Positions 1 to 10,522 are shown, numbered from the stretch's first letter. The stretch: DNA of 64,000 bases from Burkholderiales bacterium (GCA_020354665.1 CP070653.1:2927763-2991762), one strand, 5' to 3'. Numbers and translations: made by a program. The notes: generated from the letters alone by a model not told the origin.

Positions 1-629
1 ACGTTGAATACGCCGTCGGGCAGGCCAGCCTGCTGCAGCAATTCGGCCATGAACAGGCTGGGCGACGGATCGCGCTCGCTCGGCTTGAGCACGAATGCGT
101 TGCCGCAGGCCAGTGCCAGCGGGAACATCCAGCAGGGCACCATGCACGGGAAGTTGAACGGCGTGATGCCGGCCACCACGCCGAGCGGCTGACGCATCGT
201 CCAGTTGTCGATCCCGGTGGAGACCTGCTCGGTGTAGTCGCCTTTGAGCAACTGCGGCACGCCGCAGGCGAATTCGACGATCTCGATGCCGCGCGTGACC
301 TCGCCCTGCGCGTCGGTGAACACTTTGCCGTGTTCGGCGGTGATCATCGCCGCGACCGCATCGCGATGCTGCGTGAGCAGCGCCAGAAAGCCGTTCAGCA
401 CGCGCGCGCGGCGGATCGGCGGCATCTCGGCCCAGGCCGGAAAGGCTGCCTTCGCCGAAGCGACGGCAGCGTTGACTTCACCAGTGTCGGCCAAGTGCAC
501 CTGCCGGGCGACCGCGCCAGCGGCTGGGTCGTAGATCGGTTGCGTGCGGCCACTGCGGCCGCTCTGGCGATGGCCTGCGATGAAGTGGCCAGCATCGGTG
601 GTGGCGGTGAAGGCTTCGGGAGCGCCCAT
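1..629 (-). CDS. mmsA: Methylmalonate-semialdehyde dehydrogenase (CoA-acylating), N-terminal part; the 3' end lies beyond the window start
   Basis: Absent from the ORF track because it runs off the edge. My reverse-complement translation from ATG 629-627 gives [20 protein letters not shown]...[88 protein letters not shown], an ALDH fold with MmsA-type motifs. Confidence 0.8.
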   Translation of the reverse strand, partial: MGAPEAFTATTDAGHFIAGHRQSGRSGRTQPIYDPAAGAVARQVHLADTGEVNAAVASAKAAFPAWAEMPPIRRARVLNGFLALLTQHRDAVAAMITAEHGKVFTDAQGEVTRGIEIVEFACGVPQLLKGDYTEQVSTGIDNWTMRQPLGVVAGITPFNFPCMVPCWMFPLALACGNAFVLKPSERDPSPSLFMAELLQQAGLPDGVFN

Positions 630-745
630 GCGTCTGTCTCCTGGCGGCAGTCGGGGAATTCGATGGCTTGCAGTCTAGTGCACCGATGGCACCTGGCCGG
701 CTCGGGCGTCACCCGGCCGGGCATCACGCCAATATGCAACGCAAG

Positions 746-778
746 AAAAAAAAGCCCATCCGCATTGCGCGGATGGGC
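746..778 (-). terminator. Rho-independent terminator (minus-strand sense)
   Basis: Perfect 10-bp stem GCCCATCCGC (754-763) / GCGGATGGGC (769-778) with a 5-nt loop. It is followed on the minus strand by a run of 8 U (746-753). No T-run follows it on the plus strand. Confidence 0.7.
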
Positions 779-965
779 TGCAGAAGTCCTCCGAAAAGGA
801 CGTCGTTGGGACCCGGGCCAGAATCGTCCGCCCCGCCCCGGCGCGGCGTTCCAGCACAAAACCCTGCAATTGCTTCGACCGCGATCGCCGCTATCGGTTC
901 GGCGGATCAGGTCGGCGCAATGTCCATCAACCCGACTGTAGGAGCCTGCATCGGGTAAGACCATC
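779..965 (-). ncRNA. Candidate structured small RNA or 5' leader ending at the 746-778 terminator; 5' end not defined
   Basis: The 370-nt gap between mmsA (ATG 629) and the divergent gene at 1002 contains no credible ORF. The terminator has no upstream minus-strand CDS to terminate. Distal segments are complementary by eye (minus-sense TGCAG..CTCC near 950-941 with GGAG..CTGCA near 792-779; GTCG/CGAC and TTG/CAA pairs further in), suggesting a long imperfect hairpin. Confidence 0.3.
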
Positions 966-1001
966 CCTAGTTTTTTTTGGGAGCCGAGCCGAAGGGCCGG
1001 A

Positions 1002-1730
1002 TTGGACCCTGTCTGTATCGAGCTCGACGACAATAGGGACGTGAGCCCTCCCATACCGTCACGCCGAAGGCGCATCAGCGTCGCCTCTGCGTTGGGCGAC
1101 GCCGAGATCGCCGAAATCGACGAACTGCTCGCGCGGCTTCCCGAGCCCCTGGAGCCGCCCGACGTCTGCGCGCTCGACGGTTTTCTGGCGGGTGTCGCCC
1201 TGCAACGTCCGCCGTTGGCCGAAGCACAGTGGCTGCCTTTCGTGAGCGATACGCAGGGAAGATCTGCGCCTCCGGGCGTGCCACTCGAGAGACTGCATGC
1301 GCTCGCGCGGCGCCGGTTCGCAGAGCTCGACGCCCGTATCGAGCAACGCCAATGGTTCGACCCCTGGGTGTTCGAACTGTCCGATGCGAAGAGCCCGTCC
1401 GAGGCGGTGCTCCCTTGGATCGCCGGCTTCGCGCTCGCGATCGACCGCTTTCCCTCCTTCGCACGGGAGGAATCGGCGGCGATGCTGGAGCCGCTGGAGG
1501 CGCTGTACCGTCATCTCGATCCAGACGATCTCGAGAATGCCGACGAACTGCTCGCGCAGATTGAACTGCTCGACCCACCGGGTGACCTCGGCGAGGCAGT
1601 CGAAGACCTCGTGCGTGCGACGCTGTTGTTGGCCGACATTTCGCGTCCGCGACGAGCGGAATCGGCCGGGGCGCGGCCGCGTGGCCGCACGGCGGCAGGC
1701 GGTCCGCGCCGCCGGCACGCATCGCGCTGA
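1002..1730 (+). CDS. UPF0149 (YgfB / YecA N-domain-like) family protein without a SEC-C motif; start uncertain (TTG 1002, alternative TTG 1092)
   Basis: The region LGDAEIAEIDELLARLPEPLEPPDVCALDGFLAGVALQRPP...WLPFV...VLPWIAGFALAI parallels the paralogue at 5930-6643 and the UPF0149 pattern. The C-terminus is Arg-rich with no CPC...CC zinc motif. Confidence 0.6.
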   Translation: MDPVCIELDDNRDVSPPIPSRRRRISVASALGDAEIAEIDELLARLPEPLEPPDVCALDGFLAGVALQRPPLAEAQWLPFVSDTQGRSAPPGVPLERLHALARRRFAELDARIEQRQWFDPWVFELSDAKSPSEAVLPWIAGFALAIDRFPSFAREESAAMLEPLEALYRHLDPDDLENADELLAQIELLDPPGDLGEAVEDLVRATLLLADISRPRRAESAGARPRGRTAAGGPRRRHASR

Positions 1731-2238
1731 AGCCGCACGATCTCGCTCGCGCTGTCCGGGCCCGGCCATCTCGCGCCGATCGTTGCCTTGCGCAGGCGGG
1801 GCGTTGGTGCGGGCGCAACGCTCAACGGGCGTCGGCTGAAACCGCCGTGACCGATTGCGCGTGCCTGGAAATTGAAGGGTAACCGGGCCCGAATCCGATC
1901 GCTCTCTTCGACCGATCGGCGCACACTGCAACCAACTGCAACTGCTGTGCGAGGTCCATGATGCGAGCGCCCGACACCGCTGCCGTGTATCCACAGCATC
2001 CCGGTCAGCTTGCCATGATTGCCGAGGACCCGGCCGACCTCGGCACGGCCTTCGGGCTCGATGCCAGCCTGTCGCCGGTGGTCGAGAACGACCGGCCGGT
2101 CGGCGATGAGGCCCCGCTCGACTGGCTCGCACGTCGTGCAGCCTTGCGGTCGCGCTGAAGCCTCTGTCAAGAACTACGCGGCACGCGTCTGGCGATCACG
2201 AGAGCCGGACGCGCGCCGCGGACGCAATCAGCGCGGAA

Positions 2239-2691
2239 TTACTTCGGTAGCACGACGCTGTCTATCACGTGGATCACGCCATTGTCGGCAACGATGTCGG
2301 TGGCCGTGACCTTGGCCTGATCGACCATCACGCCGCCTTGGGTCGTCACCGTCAGCTCCGAGCCCTCGACGGTCTTGACCACGCCGGGCTTGACATCCTT
2401 GGCCATTACCTTGCCCGGCACGACGTGGTAGGTCAGCACCGCGGTGAGCTTGTCCTTGTCCTTCAGGAGCGCGTCGAGGTCGGCCTTCGGAATCTTCGCG
2501 AACGCCTCGTCGGTGGGAGCGAACACGGTGAACGGTCCGGGACCCTTCAGCGTGTCGACCAAACCGGCTGCCTGCAAGGCAGCGGCCAGCGTCTTGAAGG
2601 TGCCGGCGGACACTGCGGTATCGACGATGTCCTTGGCCTGTGCGGCCATCGCCGCAGCGGACAGGGCGGCAATTGCGATCAGCTTCTTCAC
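2239..2691 (-). CDS. Secreted fasciclin (FAS1) domain protein
   Basis: Signal peptide [22 protein letters not shown]1 hallmarks [19 protein letters not shown] and [14 protein letters not shown]. Confidence 0.9.
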   Translation of the reverse strand: MKKLIAIAALSAAAMAAQAKDIVDTAVSAGTFKTLAAALQAAGLVDTLKGPGPFTVFAPTDEAFAKIPKADLDALLKDKDKLTAVLTYHVVPGKVMAKDVKPGVVKTVEGSELTVTTQGGVMVDQAKVTATDIVADNGVIHVIDSVVLPK

Positions 2692-2743
2692 GAGTGAATC
2701 TCCTTTCGTGGGTAGGGTTGGGGATTGAGGAAAACGCTGCCAC

Positions 2744-3691
2744 TCAGAGCGCGGGAAGGATCACCTTGTCGATCACGTGGATCACGCCGTTGCTGGCACG
2801 CACGTCGGTGGCAACGATGGACGCCGGCGCGGCCGTGGTATCGGTGATCGTCGCCGGGGTGCCGGCGTTGATCGTGATGTTCTGGCCCGACAGCGTCGCG
2901 ATCGGGGTGCCGAACGGGATGTCGGCCGCCAGCACCTCGCTGCCCAGCACGTGATAGGTCAGAACCGTGGATAGTTGCGTCGGCGTCAGGCCCGCGACCG
3001 TGTTCGCGATCGCCGCGAACGCGTCGTTGGTCGGCGCGAAGACGGTCAGTTGGGCAGCGGGATCGCCGAGCGCGCCTTGCAGATTGGCCGATACCACCGC
3101 GCCGACCAGCGTGCTGAAGACCGGGTTGGCCTGGGCCATCTGAACTACGTTCAGCACGCCTGGCGGAACCAGCACCTTGTCGATCACGTGGATCACGCCG
3201 TTGCTGGCCGGGACGTTGGCGGTCGTCACCGTGGCTACGTTCAGGACCTCGTCGGTGATCTTCACGCCGGACGCGGTGTCCAGCGCCAGCGTCGCTGCCG
3301 CGCCTTCGAAGGTGTAGAGCGTGTCCTGGGTGGCCCCGCCGGCGACCAAGTCGGCTGCTGTCTTGCGGGCTGGCAGCACGTGGTACTGGAGGATCTTGGC
3401 AAGTGTCGCGCTGTCGAGCGCATTCACCATGGCCGTTGCATCCGTGAACCCGAGCGTTTTCGCCAGGCTGTCGAACGCAGCATCGGTCGGCGCGAACACG
3501 GTCAAGCTCGCGCTCGTATCCGACAGGGCGGGCACTAGGCCGGCCTTATCGGCCGCCGCGACGAGGGCACTGAAGCCCCGCTCGGTCGCTTCCCCGGCCA
3601 GCGTTCCCGGAGAGTCGTCATCGCCGCCACCGCAGGCTGCCATTAGGGACGCGGCGCCCAAGGCCGCCAACCACTTCGTCCATCGCTTCAT
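2744..3691 (-). CDS. Lipoprotein with two tandem fasciclin (FAS1) domains
   Basis: Lipobox LMAAC. The motifs TVFAPTD(A/N)AF, L(Q/T)YHVL and [11 protein letters not shown](L/I)(V/L)P each occur twice. Confidence 0.9.
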   Translation of the reverse strand: MKRWTKWLAALGAASLMAACGGGDDDSPGTLAGEATERGFSALVAAADKAGLVPALSDTSASLTVFAPTDAAFDSLAKTLGFTDATAMVNALDSATLAKILQYHVLPARKTAADLVAGGATQDTLYTFEGAAATLALDTASGVKITDEVLNVATVTTANVPASNGVIHVIDKVLVPPGVLNVVQMAQANPVFSTLVGAVVSANLQGALGDPAAQLTVFAPTNDAFAAIANTVAGLTPTQLSTVLTYHVLGSEVLAADIPFGTPIATLSGQNITINAGTPATITDTTAAPASIVATDVRASNGVIHVIDKVILPAL

Positions 3692-3782
3692 CGCCTTCTC
3701 CTGTGGGGTTGGGAAAGAACCTGCAGTCTCGGTCTAGTGAACCGATTGGGCTTGAGTATAGACTTAGCGGTTTCCCTTGGAT

Positions 3783-3801
3783 ACCATATGGTCTTTAAAG
3801 A
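3783..3801. promoter_or_regulatory. Two overlapping perfect 10-bp palindromes (ACCATATGGT, TCTTTAAAGA); candidate TetR operator or promoter region
   Basis: AT-rich island in GC-rich DNA, located between the divergent fasciclin genes and the TetR gene, 57-75 nt upstream of the TetR ATG. Confidence 0.35.
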
Positions 3802-3857
3802 GACTAAACAGTCATATCGCATCCTGCACGGTCATTAACAAGTACAATCGCGGCACC

Positions 3858-4478
3858 ATGTCTCGCCCATCGTTTCGTGAACAGGTCCTGCGCGTCCGCG
3901 AGGATGCGATCGTTTCTGCGGTGAACCGCTTGCTGGCGGAAAAGGGCTTCGACCTGATGACGGTCGACGGAGTCGCCGCGGAGGTGGGCATTGCCAAGGC
4001 GAGTCTCTACAAGCACTTCGCCTCGAAGGAGGAACTTGCCGGTGCGGCGATGGTGCGTGTGCTCGACAAGACGTTGGCCGAGGTCGAGCGACTGCGCAGT
4101 GACAAAGCCGCTGCGCCCGTCGAGCAGCTCAAAGCGGTGACGCGGTGGGCGATGCGAGAGCAACTGGCCGGCCAGATGCCGTCGCTGCCCTCGGAGAACT
4201 CGACACTGCGCGCCGCCCTGCTCGCGAGCAAGACCTACGTCGATCGTGTGATGGAGCTTGGCGATCGCCTCGGTGAGTGGATCACGATGGCACAAGCCGC
4301 CGGACAGATCGACGGCAGCCTGCCGCCGGAGTTGGTGCTCTACACGCTCTACGCGCGCGCCTGCGATCCGGTGATCGGCGTCTTGAAGAGCACCGCCAAC
4401 TACAGCGACGAAGAAATCGTCGAGCTCGTGCTCAAGACCTGCTTCGACGGGCTGGCAGCGCGCGGCGAGCGCGCCTGA
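3858..4478 (+). CDS. TetR/AcrR family transcriptional regulator
   Basis: The N-terminal HTH (GFDLMTVDGVAAEVGIAKASLYKHFASKEEL) is typical of TetR. The first ATG is at 3858. The track start at 3777 is a TTG lying inside the AT-rich operator-like region. Confidence 0.85.
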   Translation: MSRPSFREQVLRVREDAIVSAVNRLLAEKGFDLMTVDGVAAEVGIAKASLYKHFASKEELAGAAMVRVLDKTLAEVERLRSDKAAAPVEQLKAVTRWAMREQLAGQMPSLPSENSTLRAALLASKTYVDRVMELGDRLGEWITMAQAAGQIDGSLPPELVLYTLYARACDPVIGVLKSTANYSDEEIVELVLKTCFDGLAARGERA

Positions 4479-4520
4479 GCGGCCCACCCCCCGCGGCTGC
4501 AGGCGTCGCGCGCGCCAGCG

Positions 4521-4943
4521 TCAGCGGACGAGCAGGACCGGCGTCTCGCAGTGCGCGAGCACCTTCGTCGCGACCGAGCCCATCACGAGGTTGCCCAGCG
4601 GGCCATGTCCGTGGGTGCCCATCATCACCAATTCGTGCTTGCCGGCGCGAGCCATGTTCGCGATGACCTCTGCCGCTTGTCCGATCTTGTAGACAAAGCT
4701 GGCGGTGAGGCCCTGCTTCTTGAAGAACGCACGAATCGGTTTGAACACTCTCTCGGCTTCTTCTTCGTAGTACCCCGCAAGTACCGCACGATCGACGACG
4801 GCCGCCGCGCGCGACGGCACGGCAGTCACTGCGTGAACCACGGTGTACTGATGCGCACCGCCCAGCCATTCATCGTGCGCTGCCATGTAGGCGAGCATGC
4901 GTTTGGTGTAGGGGCTGCCGTCGACTGCGACCAGGATCTTCAT
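4521..4943 (-). CDS. Universal stress protein (UspA family)
   Basis: MKILVAVDGS...ELVMMGTHGHGPLGNLVMGSVATKVLAHCETPVLLVR is a canonical USP ATP-binding tail. Confidence 0.9.
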   Translation of the reverse strand: MKILVAVDGSPYTKRMLAYMAAHDEWLGGAHQYTVVHAVTAVPSRAAAVVDRAVLAGYYEEEAERVFKPIRAFFKKQGLTASFVYKIGQAAEVIANMARAGKHELVMMGTHGHGPLGNLVMGSVATKVLAHCETPVLLVR

Positions 4944-5048
4944 CGCTGTTCCTCCTTGTCATCGCTCGGACCGGATTCAGTCTGGCACGTCCCCGCGGCG
5001 CGTCGTTGCGCAGCGTCAATGCCGTTATCCGGGGGCGCCAGGGGCGCT

Positions 5049-5825
5049 CTAGACCTCGATCACGCACAGCGCGTCATAGCCTGCGCTCTCGCCCTTCGGG
5101 CCGAGCCCGCGCGGGTTGCTGACGACGCGCGTGATCGTGCCGTCGGCGTGCGGGACGAGATAGTCGTGCCGGCAGTGCAGGTGGCCGTGCAGCCACAGTG
5201 AGACGCCCGGCATCAGCGGCTCATCGTTGTTGCAGAAGCTCGCGGTGCTGGGCTGCGCGCCGTAGCGCGGGTCCGCGCTGCGCAGGCTCGGTCCAAAGTG
5301 CGTGACCACCACGGTGGCGTCCACCGGCCCGCCCGCGCTGTCGGCCAGTGCGGTGGCGAGCCAGTCCCGGCAGCCGAGCGCCTCCTGACGGACCGCCGCG
5401 GGATCGAACACGCGACCGTGCCGCGTTGACCGCATCACCTCGACAAAGTAGCGCGAGGCGCGCATGCACCGCTCGCGCTGCGCGACGCCGAACAGATCGA
5501 AGTCGCACCAGCGGATCGTCGCGACAAAGCGGATGCGGCGGCCCCGGTCGTCGTTCAGGACCGCCGTCTCGCGCTCCAGCAGCCGCACGCCGAAGCGGTG
5601 GGCACGCTCGCGCAGCGCGGGCCAGGCGACGTCGAGCTCGCGGCGGTCGAACTCGTGGTTGCCGGCGACGAGCAATACCGGCACCGGCCAGCCGGCGAAC
5701 CGCTCGAGGGCGGTCCATGTGCTATCGATGTCGCCTGCCAGCACAAGCAGCTCGGCGCGCGGCGCGGGGTGAGGGTGGAAGACCTCGGTCTCCAGGTGCA
5801 GGTCGGACAGCAGCTGCAGGCGCAT
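5049..5825 (-). CDS. Calcineurin-like metallophosphoesterase
   Basis: Motifs LSDLHLE, GDI, AGNHEF and HGHLH are present in the canonical order. Confidence 0.85.
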   Translation of the reverse strand: MRLQLLSDLHLETEVFHPHPAPRAELLVLAGDIDSTWTALERFAGWPVPVLLVAGNHEFDRRELDVAWPALRERAHRFGVRLLERETAVLNDDRGRRIRFVATIRWCDFDLFGVAQRERCMRASRYFVEVMRSTRHGRVFDPAAVRQEALGCRDWLATALADSAGGPVDATVVVTHFGPSLRSADPRYGAQPSTASFCNNDEPLMPGVSLWLHGHLHCRHDYLVPHADGTITRVVSNPRGLGPKGESAGYDALCVIEV

Positions 5826-5929
5826 GTCAGTGCGGCCGCGCAGCCCACCCGGCCGACTTGTCCGCGCCCTCCGAGGGCAGTGACCGTGAGCTGTTCATGG
5901 CAGACATCGTGTGACGCGGTCGGTAGGCT

Positions 5930-6643
5930 TCAGACCGCCGCTTTGCCGCAGCAGGCCTTGAATTTCTTGCCGCTACGGCACGGGCAGGGGTCGTTGCGTC
6001 CCACCTTCGGCGTGTCGCGCCGGCGCTGCGCCACCCGGTAGCGTGCAGCCTCGGTCTGCTCCGAAATCTCGACCACCGCGGCAACCAGGTCTTCGATCGC
6101 TGCCTCGAGCGTCGCAACAGGCCGCTCGCGATTCAACGCGTCGCGCGCGTCGCGCTCGTATTCGCTGGCGGCGGGCAGGTGTCGCCAGATGCGGTCGAGG
6201 GCATCGGCGACGCGGTCGTCGGGCAGCTCGGCCAGCGCCGGGAATTGCTCGGCCGCGTGCGCGAATCCAGCGACCCAGCGCGACAGTACCCGCGAAGGCG
6301 TGGGCAGGTCCGGATCCTCGTCGGGCGCGTCGACCGCCTCGGCCGGCAACAGCGGGTCGAAGCTGCCTTCGGCCAGCTGGGTACGCAGCGCGTCGTGGTG
6401 CCGCTCGATGAGCCGCGTCACCTCGGCAAGCCACGGCGTATCGACGTCTTCGGGCACGATGCCTTTCTCGATGTCCAGCGCGGCGGGGAGCCACTGCGCG
6501 AGGCCGATGCGCTGCGGCTGCACCAATACGCCGCAAAGGAAGCCGTCGAGCGCGACCACGTCGAGCGGCTGCAATGGCGCCGGGGCGCCAGCCAGCAATT
6601 CGTCGAGCCGCTCGAGGTCGGCGTCGGTCAGTGCAGAGGGCAT
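5930..6643 (-). CDS. YecA-like protein: UPF0149 domain plus a C-terminal SEC-C zinc motif
   Basis: N-terminal UPF0149-like region ([31 protein letters not shown]). C-terminal [19 protein letters not shown] is the SEC-C motif. Confidence 0.85.
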   Translation of the reverse strand: MPSALTDADLERLDELLAGAPAPLQPLDVVALDGFLCGVLVQPQRIGLAQWLPAALDIEKGIVPEDVDTPWLAEVTRLIERHHDALRTQLAEGSFDPLLPAEAVDAPDEDPDLPTPSRVLSRWVAGFAHAAEQFPALAELPDDRVADALDRIWRHLPAASEYERDARDALNRERPVATLEAAIEDLVAAVVEISEQTEAARYRVAQRRRDTPKVGRNDPCPCRSGKKFKACCGKAAV

Positions 6644-6679
6644 GCGACGATTGTCGCCGCAGGCCCGCTGCGCGTTCGC

Positions 6680-8548
6680 TCAGGCGGTGGCGAATCGCTC
6701 TTCGATGCGCGCCTTGGTGGCCGGCAGCTCGTCCGGCAGGTGGTAGGTCAACTGGGTGAACAACTGCTCGTGCAACGCGAGCTCCTGCTGCCACGCGGCT
6801 CGGTCGAGGCCGATCACGTTCTGGAACTGTTCGCGCGTGAAGTACAGACCGTCCCAACGCATGTCCTCGAAGCGCGGGCTGATGCCGAAGGCGTTCTCCA
6901 CGCCGCCGGCCTTGCCTTCGAGGCGGCCGACGATCCATTCCAGCACGCGCATGTTCTCGCCAAAGCCGGGCCAGATGAACTTGCCGTCGGTGCTCTTGCG
7001 GAACCAGTTGACGCAGTAGATCTTCGGCTGCTGCACGCCCGCTTGCGCGAGGCTGCCGCCGACGTTGAGCCAATGCTGGAAGTAGTCGGCCATGTTGTAG
7101 CCGGCAAACGCGATCATCGCGAAGGGGTCGCGCCGCACGACGCCGACCTGCCCGGCGATCGCGGCGGTGGTTTCGCTGCCCATCGTCGCGGCCATGTAGA
7201 CACCCTCGGTCCAGTTGCGAGCCTCGGTCACGAGCGGCACCGTCGTCGAGCGCCGTCCGCCAAAGAGGAACGCGTCGATGGGCACGCCGTCGGGGTTGTT
7301 CCACTCGGTATCGAGCACCGGGTTGTGGATGGCCGAGACGGTGAACCGCGAATTCGGGTGCGCGGCCTTGGCGCCGGTCTCCTTGGCGATCTGCGGCGTC
7401 CAGTCCTTGCCCTGCCAGTCAATCAGGTGCGCCGGCGGCTCTTTGGTCATGCCCTCCCACCAGACGTCGCCGTCGTCAGTGAGCGCGACGTTGGTGAACA
7501 CGCAGTCGCGCTTGAGCATCGCCATGCAGTTCGGGTTGGTGTGCTCGTTCGTTCCCGGAGCGACGCCGAAGTAGCCCGCCTCCGGGTTGATCGCGTGCAA
7601 GCGGCCATTGGCTCCCCGCTTGACCCACGCGATGTCCTCGCCGACGGTCGTGATGCTCCAGCCCTCGTAACCTTTGGGAGGCACGAGCATCGAGAAGTTG
7701 GTCTTGCCGCACGCGCTCGGAAACGCCGCCGCGACGTAATACTTGTCGCCCGCCGGCGTCGCCACACCCAGGATCAGCATGTGTTCGGCGAGCCAGTCCT
7801 GCGTGCGGCCCATGTAAGACGCGATCCGCAGCGCGAAGCACTTCTTGCCGAGCAACGCGTTGCCGCCGTAGCCGGAGCCATAGCTCCAGATCTCGTGTGT
7901 CTCAGGATAGTGCACGATGTACTTGGTCTTGTTGCAGGGCCAGGGTACGTCCTTGCGGCCCGGCTCGAGCGGCGCGCCCACCGTGTGCACGCAGGGCACG
8001 AAGTGGCCGTTCTCGCCCAGCACGTCGTACACCGGGCTGCCCATGCGGGTCATCGTGCGCATGCTGATCACGACGTAAGGGCTGTCAGTCAGTTCGACGC
8101 CGATGTGCGAGATGTGTGAGCCGAGCGGCCCCATTGAAAACGGCACGACGTACATCGTGCGTCCCTTCATGCAGCCCTTGAACAGAGCCTTCTCGCCCGT
8201 TTGCAGCAGCTCGCGCATCTCGGCCGGTGCAACCCAGTTGTTGGTCGGGCCGGCATCGTCCTGGCGCTCGGTGCAGATGAAGGTGCGATCCTCGACGCGG
8301 GCGACGTCGCTCGGGTCGGATCGAGCGAGAAAGCTGTTCGCCCGCTTCTGCGGGTTGAGCCGCAGCATCGTGCCGTTGGCCACCAACAGGTCGCACAGGC
8401 GTTTGTATTCCTCGATCGTTCCGTCGCACCAGACGACATCTGCGGCGCCGGTCAGCGCTGCAATTTCGGCCACCCAGGTGACCAGACGGTCGTGCTTCAC
8501 ATGTGCCGGTACGTTGAGTCGAACGCCTTCCATTGCTGGCCGGTTCAT
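6680..8548 (-). CDS. pckG: Phosphoenolpyruvate carboxykinase (GTP)
   Basis: GTP-PEPCK signatures ([25 protein letters not shown]). Start placed at ATG 8548 (MNRPAMEG...) behind GGAGAAATC; the track ORF extends 51 codons further upstream. Confidence 0.95.
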   Translation of the reverse strand: MNRPAMEGVRLNVPAHVKHDRLVTWVAEIAALTGAADVVWCDGTIEEYKRLCDLLVANGTMLRLNPQKRANSFLARSDPSDVARVEDRTFICTERQDDAGPTNNWVAPAEMRELLQTGEKALFKGCMKGRTMYVVPFSMGPLGSHISHIGVELTDSPYVVISMRTMTRMGSPVYDVLGENGHFVPCVHTVGAPLEPGRKDVPWPCNKTKYIVHYPETHEIWSYGSGYGGNALLGKKCFALRIASYMGRTQDWLAEHMLILGVATPAGDKYYVAAAFPSACGKTNFSMLVPPKGYEGWSITTVGEDIAWVKRGANGRLHAINPEAGYFGVAPGTNEHTNPNCMAMLKRDCVFTNVALTDDGDVWWEGMTKEPPAHLIDWQGKDWTPQIAKETGAKAAHPNSRFTVSAIHNPVLDTEWNNPDGVPIDAFLFGGRRSTTVPLVTEARNWTEGVYMAATMGSETTAAIAGQVGVVRRDPFAMIAFAGYNMADYFQHWLNVGGSLAQAGVQQPKIYCVNWFRKSTDGKFIWPGFGENMRVLEWIVGRLEGKAGGVENAFGISPRFEDMRWDGLYFTREQFQNVIGLDRAAWQQELALHEQLFTQLTYHLPDELPATKARIEERFATA

Positions 8549-8950
8549 GATTTCTCCGTTTCTCGAAGGTTGGCAAAGCCGTCGTCGGACGAGCGCCGCT
8601 AGGCGCCCCGGCCACTGCGAAGCACGTCCAATACTGCGCGAAACGACGCACCGATCATCATTACGCCGCAGTTCCGCCAGTGAACAGTTGCTCCCGGACA
8701 AACCACCGGGCGTCAGCGTCTTTCAGGTACCGAGGCACCGGCGGGCGTCCCCTGCTCCCGCTGCGGCACCCATTTTCTGAATACCCTGATCGGGGGCAAT
8801 CACCACGACCCGGGGATCATGCGAGAAATGCATCGGAGGATGTCGCCGGGCCTCGGCGCCGGTCCCGAGGCCGACCGGGCTGGCAGGATGTCCGCGGCGG
8901 GTGCGCCCCCGCAGTGCTGGCGCGGACCGATGGTGAGCAGCCCGGCGAGT

Positions 8951-10522
8951 TCAACGCCAAGCCGACTCGGCCGCGACGCAGTGGTCTTGCCATTGCGACT
9001 CGCACCAGCGCGCCACCGCCTCGCGTTGTGCACCATCGTAGTGCAGGCCGAGCTTGGTCCGTCGCCACAGCACGTCCTCGGCGCTGCGCGCCCACTCGTG
9101 GGTGTGCAAGTAGGCAAGTTCGGCCTCGAACAGCCCCGGTGCGATGGGGTCGCCAAGTGGCTTGTCGGCGATGACCTGGTCCGCCCGTGATCCGTACTGG
9201 CGTGCCAGCCGAAGGCACACTGCGCGCGGCAGTTCGGGGTGTCGCGCCGACAGCGCCTCGACGAAGCGTTCGAAACCCTCCACCACGCCGCCAATCGGCA
9301 CTTGCGTACCCCCGCCGGAGGCCCACAGGTCGCCGCCGGGAAGGAGCGCGTGCTCGGTCCACGCGCCTCGCGGCGCCGCGAGCGGTCCGGCGATCAGATC
9401 TGATGCCTCTTCGGCGAGCTTGCGAAACGTCGTGAGCTTGCCGCCCCACACCGACAGTAGCGGCGCCAGCGACGCGTCCATTTCGAGTGCGTAGTCACGC
9501 GTGACCGCCGACGGGTCGTCGGCCTCGTCGTCGAGCAGGGGTCGGACGCCGGAGAACGTGCGCACGACGTCGCCCGGCAAAACAGGGCGCTCGAAGTAAC
9601 GGCTGGCCTGGTCGCACAGATAGGCGATTTCGCCGGCCTCGATCCGCGGCGACCCGAGCGCCCCCGTGTGCTCGACGTCCGTGGTGCCGAGCAGCGTGAA
9701 GTCACCCTCGTAGGGGATCGCGAAGATGATCCGCTGGTCGGGATTCTGGAAGATGTAGGCGTGGTCGTGGTCGAAGAGCTTGGGGACGATGATGTGGCTG
9801 CCTTTGACGAGGCGCAGCGACCTGCGCTGCGGCACGTGCGCATGATCAACGAGAAACTGCGCAGCCCATGGCCCGGCGGCGTTGACCAACGCGCGCGCCC
9901 GCACGCGGCGGCTGCGACCAGCCGCGTCGCGTAGCGTGGCGTGCCACTCGCGGGCCGTGCGTCGGGCGTCGACGCAAGCGGTGCGTGTGAGCACGGTGGC
10001 GCCGCGCTCGGCTGCATCGACGGCGTTGAGCACGACGAGCCGCGCGTCGTCGACCCAGACGTCGGAGTAGACGAACGCTTTCGTGTAGTGCCTCTTCAAA
10101 GGCGCACCCACGGCGTGGCCGTGCAACGAGATCGTCCCCGAGCCTGGCAGCAGCTCGCGCCGGGCCAGGTGGTCGTAGAGAAACAGGCCGGCCCGGATCA
10201 TCCACACCGGGCGCATCCCGGGGTCGTGCGGCATCACGAAGCGCATCGGCCACATGATGTGCGGCGCGCTTCGGAGCAGCACTTCGCGCTCGGCGAGCGA
10301 CTTGCGCACCAGCGCGAACTCGTGGTGCTCGAGGTAGCGCAGCCCGCCGTGGATCAGCTTGGTCGACGCCGATGACGTGTGCGACGCGAGATCGTCCTTC
10401 TCGGCGAGCACGACCGAGAGCCCGCGTCCGGCCAGATCGCGCGCGATGCCCACGCCGTTGATGCCGCCGCCAACGACGAGCACATCGCAAGCAATGTCAG
10501 TGCACGGCGGCGGCTCAGGCAT
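8951..10522 (-). CDS. glpD: FAD-dependent glycerol-3-phosphate dehydrogenase
   Basis: CDVLVVGGGINGVGIARDLAGRG dinucleotide fold and GlpD-like body (GGKLTTFRKLAE). Start at ATG 10522, overlapping the stop of the upstream DUF2160 gene. Confidence 0.9.
   Translation of the reverse strand: MPEPPPCTDIACDVLVVGGGINGVGIARDLAGRGLSVVLAEKDDLASHTSSASTKLIHGGLRYLEHHEFALVRKSLAEREVLLRSAPHIMWPMRFVMPHDPGMRPVWMIRAGLFLYDHLARRELLPGSGTISLHGHAVGAPLKRHYTKAFVYSDVWVDDARLVVLNAVDAAERGATVLTRTACVDARRTAREWHATLRDAAGRSRRVRARALVNAAGPWAAQFLVDHAHVPQRRSLRLVKGSHIIVPKLFDHDHAYIFQNPDQRIIFAIPYEGDFTLLGTTDVEHTGALGSPRIEAGEIAYLCDQASRYFERPVLPGDVVRTFSGVRPLLDDEADDPSAVTRDYALEMDASLAPLLSVWGGKLTTFRKLAEEASDLIAGPLAAPRGAWTEHALLPGGDLWASGGGTQVPIGGVVEGFERFVEALSARHPELPRAVCLRLARQYGSRADQVIADKPLGDPIAPGLFEAELAYLHTHEWARSAEDVLWRRTKLGLHYDGAQREAVARWCESQWQDHCVAAESAWR

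Noticed and set aside
1958-2158. A 66-aa ORF (MMRAPDTAAVYPQHPGQLAMIAEDPADLGTAFGLDASLSPVVENDRPVGDEAPLDWLARRAALRSR) in the 500-nt gap after the first UPF0149 gene
   Set aside because: Third-position GC is coding-like in its second half and a weak GAGG precedes the ATG. However, I recognise no family and have no supporting context, which is insufficient to call a gene. It is worth a BLAST.
6179-8119. Long antisense ORFs (6179-8119, 17476-18978, 20783-22195, 38566-40338, 44418-46397, 47401-48951, 51004-52143, 60447-62054 and many shorter ones)
   Set aside because: Each lies opposite a gene with an unambiguous family signature (pckG, glpK, SBP, metH, hutH/SBP, hutU, hutG, amtB). Their products are low-complexity and Arg/Ala/Gly/Asp-rich, typical shadow ORFs of high-GC DNA.
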